This document shows positions 58,796 through 64,000 of a stretch of DNA of 64,000 bases, in pieces. The stretch spans positions 22,359-86,358 of the forward strand of contig JADFYJ010000005.1 in NCBI GenBank assembly GCA_015233115.1, given 5' to 3'. Source of the stretch: Candidatus Omnitrophota bacterium (GTDB lineage: Bacteria > Omnitrophota > Gorgyraeia > Zapsychrales > Zapsychraceae). The translations under genes and the position numbers were made by a program. Position 1 is the first letter of the stretch. Each line of letters starts with the position of its first letter. The notes beneath the pieces are model-generated. The model saw nothing but the letters and a program-made list of their open reading frames with translations, did not search any database and was not told the DNA's origin.

Positions 58796-59821
58796 CTAAA
58801 TAATTAATTTTTTAATGATTGGAAAAACTTCTTCCGGAGTTATTTTTTTAAGATACACGCTTTCGCCATCTCCGGCCTTAAGAAACGACACAGACATATC
58901 CTTAGGCGGGGCAATAAAAAGCGACTTTTCACCTAACGGATACCACCGCTCCGGATTAATACCCGGCTGATTACGGACAAAAATCGCGACGACTGGAGCA
59001 TTAAGGGCTGCGGCAATATGGATCGGGCCTGAATCATTAGAAATCAAAATATCTGACTGTTTAATCAAGCTCACTAATTGACTAACGCTGGTCTGAGAAG
59101 TAAGATCAACAACATCAGAACATTGCTTAATAATTATTTCAGCTTTATGCTGTGCCTCAAAATTTCCGACTAGCACACAAACCGCATTCCACTCTTGTTT
59201 AACCATATTGATCAACTGAACAAAATATTCAGCCGGCCATACTTTCCCCGGATCACTTGCCCCTACATGAAATAAAACCTTCTTTTTCCCCTCTTTAAAC
59301 TTATCCTTCCAAAACTTTTCTGCCCACTGTTGTGCCGCAGGATCAATCGAAATATGCAGTTCCAAATCACCCTGTTCTACACCTAAAACTTTCAGCAAAT
59401 CTAAACAATATTGACTCTCATGAACTTCTCCCAAATAACGATGATCTTCTACCGGTATCGTTAACAAAGATCCAGCATGTTTATCTTTATATCCACACCG
59501 CGCAGGTATTCCCGCAAAATATACCAGCCAATTCGTCCAACGTTTTGTGTGATAAATAACCGCCAGATCAAATTTACGTTTTCGGATTTCAAAAACTAAT
59601 TTCCAAAATCCCCAAAAACCATTATGCCGTCCTTCCCGATCGACCATCAAAATTTCATTCACATAAGGATTCTGAAACACCAGAGGATATGTGACAGAAC
59701 TAACTAACAAAGATATCTTTGCTTCTGGATAAGCAAGCCGCAAAGCTTTAAATGCCGGAGTCGTCAAAATCACATCGCCGATACGATCAGTGCGGACGAC
59801 TAAAATGTTCTTAAAATTCAT
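58796..59821 (-). CDS. GT9-family glycosyltransferase (LPS heptosyltransferase-like), first of four
   Basis: 341-aa ORF with N-terminal ILVVRTDRIGDVILTTPAFKAL and C-terminal GNDSGPIHIAAAL, the GT9 WaaC/WaaF hallmarks. Confidence 0.8.
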   Translation of the reverse strand: MNFKNILVVRTDRIGDVILTTPAFKALRLAYPEAKISLLVSSVTYPLVFQNPYVNEILMVDREGRHNGFWGFWKLVFEIRKRKFDLAVIYHTKRWTNWLVYFAGIPARCGYKDKHAGSLLTIPVEDHRYLGEVHESQYCLDLLKVLGVEQGDLELHISIDPAAQQWAEKFWKDKFKEGKKKVLFHVGASDPGKVWPAEYFVQLINMVKQEWNAVCVLVGNFEAQHKAEIIIKQCSDVVDLTSQTSVSQLVSLIKQSDILISNDSGPIHIAAALNAPVVAIFVRNQPGINPERWYPLGEKSLFIAPPKDMSVSFLKAGDGESVYLKKITPEEVFPIIKKLII

Positions 59822-59840
59822 AAGGTCTATTCCTAAAAAA

Positions 59841-59987
59841 GTATGTAGTATGTGGTATGTCGTATGTAGTAAAAGCGAATGATAAAAGTAAAAATGCCAG
59901 TTAATAAAAACTCAAAAAATTATAAAACAAATATATATAACCCATCGCTTCTCAGAAAAAATTTTTACTCCCACCTACTACATACTA
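59841..59987. repeat. Heptamer inverted-repeat element (GTATGTA family) with degenerate core CCCATCGCTTCTC, between two GT9 genes
   Basis: GTATGTAGTATGTGGTATGTCGTATGTAGTAAAAGCGAATG ... CCACCTACTACATACTAAAT. Confidence 0.65.
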
Positions 59988-60973
59988 AATTTAACTTCTC
60001 TTCCTTTAATCTCAAATGACTTAATCACTTCAGCCAAGTGCAAATTTTTCATGCAACCGTGTTCAATTTTATTATTTTTTTTCTGGCAGGCCAGGCACAC
60101 AGCTTTTGACTTTAAAAACAATCCATTGGCTCCCCAGGGACCATATAAAGATGGATCAGTCGGGCCAAATAACGCCAGAACCGGAACATCAAAATAGCTG
60201 GCAATATGTAAAGGGCCGGTATCATTGCCAATGACCATGACCGCCTGTTTTATAACATAAGCCAGTTGCAGCAAGGTCAGTTGACCGCACAAATTAATGG
60301 CTGAATATTTCATGTCATGAATAATTTGTTCCGTCAAATCCATATCAGAGACCCCTCCGGCAAATATAATTTTGACACGATACTTCTCTGCCAAATGATC
60401 AGCTAATCGAGTATAATCATCCGCACTCCAGCGTTTACGATGGTCAGCTGCTCCGGAAACAATGACCACATAACGGTCTGCGCCTCCTCGCGCCCTAAAC
60501 AAATTCTGAACATAAGCAACATCTTTTTCGCCAATATCTAAACCTTTTTTTTCCCGGGGAAACTCTTCAAATTCATAAGCTGTGCAAAGCTGGTTTAGAT
60601 GCTTATCCTTCATGTGCAGATTTTTCTGGACATTTGAAAGATTGATACTCGTTGGAGAAGCAATCAAAAATGGGATAATAGTATGCCGCAAATCAATAAC
60701 CAAATCAAATTTGGCTTTTCGTAATTTTCCAATTAATTTTAATTTTCTAAAGACTGGCGCGTGTTTGTCGTAAACATATAGCTTGGACACTGAGCGGTTT
60801 TCACTAAACAACTCTTTCGCGCGGGGGCCAACTAAAATCGATATATCAGCGTCAGGAAAATCCGCAGACAAGACATCAAATACCGGCAAAGTCAAAATGA
60901 CATCACCAATATTTGACAACGTGATCAATAGAATATTATGAATTTTGGATCTGTCTAACGGCACAACACACAT
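59978..60973 (-). CDS. GT9-family glycosyltransferase (heptosyltransferase-like), second
   Basis: 331-aa ORF with ILLITLSNIGDVILTLPVF and GNDTGPLHIASYF. The 38-nt overlap with the upstream gene suggests an alternative start. Confidence 0.75.
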   Translation of the reverse strand: MCVVPLDRSKIHNILLITLSNIGDVILTLPVFDVLSADFPDADISILVGPRAKELFSENRSVSKLYVYDKHAPVFRKLKLIGKLRKAKFDLVIDLRHTIIPFLIASPTSINLSNVQKNLHMKDKHLNQLCTAYEFEEFPREKKGLDIGEKDVAYVQNLFRARGGADRYVVIVSGAADHRKRWSADDYTRLADHLAEKYRVKIIFAGGVSDMDLTEQIIHDMKYSAINLCGQLTLLQLAYVIKQAVMVIGNDTGPLHIASYFDVPVLALFGPTDPSLYGPWGANGLFLKSKAVCLACQKKNNKIEHGCMKNLHLAEVIKSFEIKGREVKFSM

Positions 60974-61973
60974 CCTCTACGCTAAGCGCTTTAACACACA
61001 CATTATCCGGACAATCTAAATAATAACATGGTTCACGGTTGCACCCAACGTCCTTTTGCAAAATGACCGCCTGCCCTGTTCCTCTGGGACCAGTGATTTC
61101 CGGGCGGGTTGGACCAAATATACCGACAACTTTGGTTCCCACGCTATTGGCCACATGCAAAGGCCCTGAATCAGATGATATGACAATTTGCGCCATGGAC
61201 AAAAGGTGGATTAATTGCTGAAGATCTGTTTGCCCTGCCAGGATGGCAGGTTTTATTTCCAAAGACGCGACAATACGATTGATGCGCGGCAAATCATTTT
61301 TTCCGCCAGGAATGACCACCTGCATCTTAAAATCATTCATCAACCGTCGAATCAAAAGAGTAAAATTTTGTTCACTCCATACTTTCAAATCCCAATTCCC
61401 ACAAACATGCAAAACAATAAAAGATTTATGTTCATCGACACCAGAGTCATTCAACAAGAGGCAAACACGTTCCCGGCCCTGCTCCGGAACTGTTAAAATA
61501 TTACGGTCATTTTTAACTTCAACTCCAAAAGAACGTATAACCTCCATATAAAAATCAGACCGGTGGATCTTTCCCGACTGGGATTTGATGGGATGTGTCA
61601 AAAATTTTCCGCGACCTTTGCGCTCATACCCAACCCGTACTGGTATGCCTGCCCACTTCATCAAAAAAGCGCGGGTCTTGGATCCATGCAGGAGAAACAC
61701 CGCGTCAAATTTGTAAGAAGATATTTTATGGCTGAAAAAAATCCACTGCCATGGCCGCCACTTCATAGCGTCTTCATCAAGTGGTATAACCTCATCGACA
61801 AATGGCACAAATTTCAATACTTCACAAACCCGCGGCACAGCCATACACGCGATTCTCACCTCAGGATATTTTTCTTTCAACGCCCGAAACACCGGCGTCG
61901 AAAAAATCACATCCCCCAGCCAATTCACATTAACGACTAAAATATTTTTAAAAGTCATTTTATTTTTTACCAA
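60936..61973 (-). CDS. GT9-family glycosyltransferase (heptosyltransferase-like), third
   Basis: 345-aa ORF with ILVVNVNWLGDVIFSTPVF and SSDSGPLHVANSV. Confidence 0.75.
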   Translation of the reverse strand: MVKNKMTFKNILVVNVNWLGDVIFSTPVFRALKEKYPEVRIACMAVPRVCEVLKFVPFVDEVIPLDEDAMKWRPWQWIFFSHKISSYKFDAVFLLHGSKTRAFLMKWAGIPVRVGYERKGRGKFLTHPIKSQSGKIHRSDFYMEVIRSFGVEVKNDRNILTVPEQGRERVCLLLNDSGVDEHKSFIVLHVCGNWDLKVWSEQNFTLLIRRLMNDFKMQVVIPGGKNDLPRINRIVASLEIKPAILAGQTDLQQLIHLLSMAQIVISSDSGPLHVANSVGTKVVGIFGPTRPEITGPRGTGQAVILQKDVGCNREPCYYLDCPDNVCVKALSVEDVCCAVRQIQNS

Positions 61974-63129
61974 TTACTTCGTAATATACCCGTTCTGTTT
62001 CCTCAATCATTTTCTCCAGAAACTTTGCTTTTATGACAAAATCACGCCCGGATAAACCAACGGATTTTCCCCGGTCTTCTCGGCTGATCACATTGATCAA
62101 AACCTTGGCCAAGTCCCGGCTGTTTCCCGGTTCAGCTAAAAATCCAGTTTTTTGATCTTCAATAAGACTAACAATCCCGCCTACCCGTGACGCCACGACT
62201 GGCACGGCAGCAGCCTGTGCCTCTAAAATAGAAAGTCCCAGACCTTCCATCCTTGACGGAACAACTAAAATATCAAGCGCGGCCAATAAATCGAGCGTGC
62301 GGCTAGCTACGGAATAAAAACTGATATGATCGTCCAATTGATATTGCTTAACCATAGCTCTTAATTTTGGCTCCATTTTTCCTTCTCCGGCGATCAGGAG
62401 ATGAACTTTGGGTCCCGGAACGACAACTTCCCGCATGGCCTCAATTAAAATGTCTTGGCCTTTGACATCTGAGAGCCGCGCGATCATTCCTAAAACAACA
62501 ACATCCTCAGGCACATTTAATTGTTTGCGTTGAAATACGCGATCCTGATCATTGATTACGATAAATTCACTCAGATCTATTCCGCTTGGAACTAATGCGA
62601 TATTGGTTTGCGATACTGAAAAATCACGCCGTAAATGATCATAAACAGCAGGACTGATCGCAATAACTTTTTGTCCCCAGCATGGAAATAACCTACGGAA
62701 AAAACGCGGCTTAAAAAAACCATGACAAGTTGTCACTAAAGGCAATTCAGGAGACGATAACATTTGCCCTACAAATTGTGTGACCCGGGTATGCGCGTGA
62801 ATAACTTGAATATGATATTTCAGTATAATTTTTTTTAATTTAGGTAATAAAAAATATAATTTGGGATTTAATACAGATTTAGTCTTAAGGTCGACCTTCA
62901 CTAACTTTATTCCAGCCTCAGAAAATATTTTCTCCATATTCCCTCCGCTGGAACAAACGTAAACAGTATGCCCTCGACTCACCAAACCCTTACCCAATGT
63001 TAACAGATAACTAGTAATACCGCCGGTATTTAAATGTGTTGTTAAAAAAAGAATGTTCAAAGTTAAACTCCCTCTACCAATGAAAATATGACCTGCGCCA
63101 TTTCTTCCGGTAAAATTTTTTCCAAACAA
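61960..63129 (-). CDS. GT4-family (GT-B) glycosyltransferase
   Basis: 389-aa ORF with ILFLTTHLNTGGI (GT4 N-domain) and C-terminal ...VVPSRMEGLGLSILEAQAAAVPVVASRVGGI. The true start is probably internal (the track Met overlaps the upstream gene). Confidence 0.7.
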   Translation of the reverse strand: MFGKNFTGRNGAGHIFIGRGSLTLNILFLTTHLNTGGITSYLLTLGKGLVSRGHTVYVCSSGGNMEKIFSEAGIKLVKVDLKTKSVLNPKLYFLLPKLKKIILKYHIQVIHAHTRVTQFVGQMLSSPELPLVTTCHGFFKPRFFRRLFPCWGQKVIAISPAVYDHLRRDFSVSQTNIALVPSGIDLSEFIVINDQDRVFQRKQLNVPEDVVVLGMIARLSDVKGQDILIEAMREVVVPGPKVHLLIAGEGKMEPKLRAMVKQYQLDDHISFYSVASRTLDLLAALDILVVPSRMEGLGLSILEAQAAAVPVVASRVGGIVSLIEDQKTGFLAEPGNSRDLAKVLINVISREDRGKSVGLSGRDFVIKAKFLEKMIEETERVYYEVIGKK

Positions 63130-64000
63130 TCATGTGTCTTAATTAAACATGCTGAGCTGTAGCAGGGGGAACACTTAACGTGTTTATTCAATACCACTAA
63201 TTTACGGCATGGCGGTAAATGCCGCTTGTCATCCGTTGGCCCAAAATACGTCACGACTGGTATATTCATTGCTGCCGCCACATGAAGCGGCGCGGAATCC
63301 GGAGTGACATAAACCTTGCATCGGCTGATGAGCGCTGCCAATTGCATCATATCCGTTTTTCCGGAAAAATTCGCAGGTTTAGCTAAAGAAAGCCGCCCTA
63401 CTTCCCGTCCTAATTCAATGTCTTTATCCATCCCGGTTAAAACAACCCTAATTCCTTTTGCGGATAACAAATCGCAGAGCACAGCCATATACTTAACTGG
63501 CCAATTTTTTGTTTTCCACTTTTCCGAAGCAGAAAGATTAATTCCCACAATCGTTTTGCAATTGCCTAGCCATTCCGCTTCCAGCAATTCCTGGACATAT
63601 TCGAAATTATATTTAGACGGCCACAACTCAAGATATAAATCATCCTGATAGGGGATATCCAGCATTTTTAAAATCTGGAACTGATGTTCAACCGGAGGAA
63701 TATCATCCCGGTATGCTTTTAACCCATGCGTCAATAATTTACCGTTTTTTTGATTCAAAAAGCCGTAGCTTTCTTTGGGATCAGCTAAATACGCCAGCCA
63801 ATGACTGCGGTGATTATTTTGAAAATCTAAAACAATATCAAGCCGCATTTTTCGCAAACGCCGGGCAAATTGCGCGAAAGCCCACCATTTTTTATGTTTA
63901 AGCCGTTTATCATACACAATAATGTCATCAATATACGGACAAGATTGCAAAACTTCCAAACAGTCTTTTTCGACCACACATTTAATTTTAGCTTTTGGAA
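63063..64000 (-). CDS. GT9-family glycosyltransferase, fourth; N-terminus beyond the window edge
   Basis: C-terminal TPDSAPLHVAAAM GT9 block. The reading frame stays open from 63977 to 64000 (...PKAKIKCVVEKDC), so the gene continues past the window. Confidence 0.7.
   Translation of the reverse strand, partial: PKAKIKCVVEKDCLEVLQSCPYIDDIIVYDKRLKHKKWWAFAQFARRLRKMRLDIVLDFQNNHRSHWLAYLADPKESYGFLNQKNGKLLTHGLKAYRDDIPPVEHQFQILKMLDIPYQDDLYLELWPSKYNFEYVQELLEAEWLGNCKTIVGINLSASEKWKTKNWPVKYMAVLCDLLSAKGIRVVLTGMDKDIELGREVGRLSLAKPANFSGKTDMMQLAALISRCKVYVTPDSAPLHVAAAMNIPVVTYFGPTDDKRHLPPCRKLVVLNKHVKCSPCYSSACLIKTHDCLEKILPEEMAQVIFSLVEGV

Overview
This 64 kb window comes from an AT-rich, LPS-producing (diderm) bacterium with compact gene spacing. 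About 50 kb is one co-directional block of minus-strand genes; only three tandem paralogous secreted FG-GAP proteins (plus a 24-aa small ORF) are on the plus strand. No rRNA, tRNA, CRISPR array, integrase or transposase was seen.

Housekeeping genes on the minus strand:
- tRNA modification: trmD (partial), tgt, queA.
- Redox and membrane: tpx, mscS, htpX.
- Recombination and segregation: ruvB, scpA.
- Translation and transcription: trpS, infB, nusA, rimP, proS, arfB.
- Envelope and lipid: rseP, dxr, cdsA, uppS.
- Metabolism: purA, serA, a class-V aminotransferase, clpP.
- Chaperone: a trigger factor that lacks the PPIase domain.
- LPS and outer membrane: lptB, an lptA/C-like gene, kdsC, kdsD, kdsA, kdsB, an RfaE-like heptose kinase, and four GT9 heptosyltransferases plus one GT4 glycosyltransferase at the 3' edge.

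Accessory island at 490-7444, between trmD and tgt:
- higBA toxin-antitoxin pair.
- A three-gene operon of a 719-aa lipoprotein, a DUF3142-like secreted protein and a signal-less SLT lytic transglycosylase.
- yefM-yoeB toxin-antitoxin pair.
- AbiEi/AbiEii abortive-infection pair.

Other notable loci:
- A Fic/Doc protein with a C-terminal HTH, preceded by arrayed palindromic TTTCCGAACC operators and a divergent 24-aa ORF with a perfect Shine-Dalgarno.
- Three tandem plus-strand paralogs of a secreted FG-GAP beta-propeller protein (one fused to a metallophosphoesterase), inserted convergently inside the LPS cluster.

Repeat structure unexplained by the genes:
- A family of at least 12 intergenic elements built from inverted arrays of locus-variable 7-8 nt tandem repeats around a conserved core AAAAAGCGATTG / GTAGYAAAAACGAAT. 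Each sits just 5' of a minus-strand gene start.
- An ~130 nt structured element in two ~90% identical copies plus a third diverged copy. The third copy keeps the flanking motifs while its 8-bp stem is fully replaced by compensatory changes, which suggests an RNA or hairpin-level function.
- Three copies of a 29-nt GC-rich REP-like palindrome.
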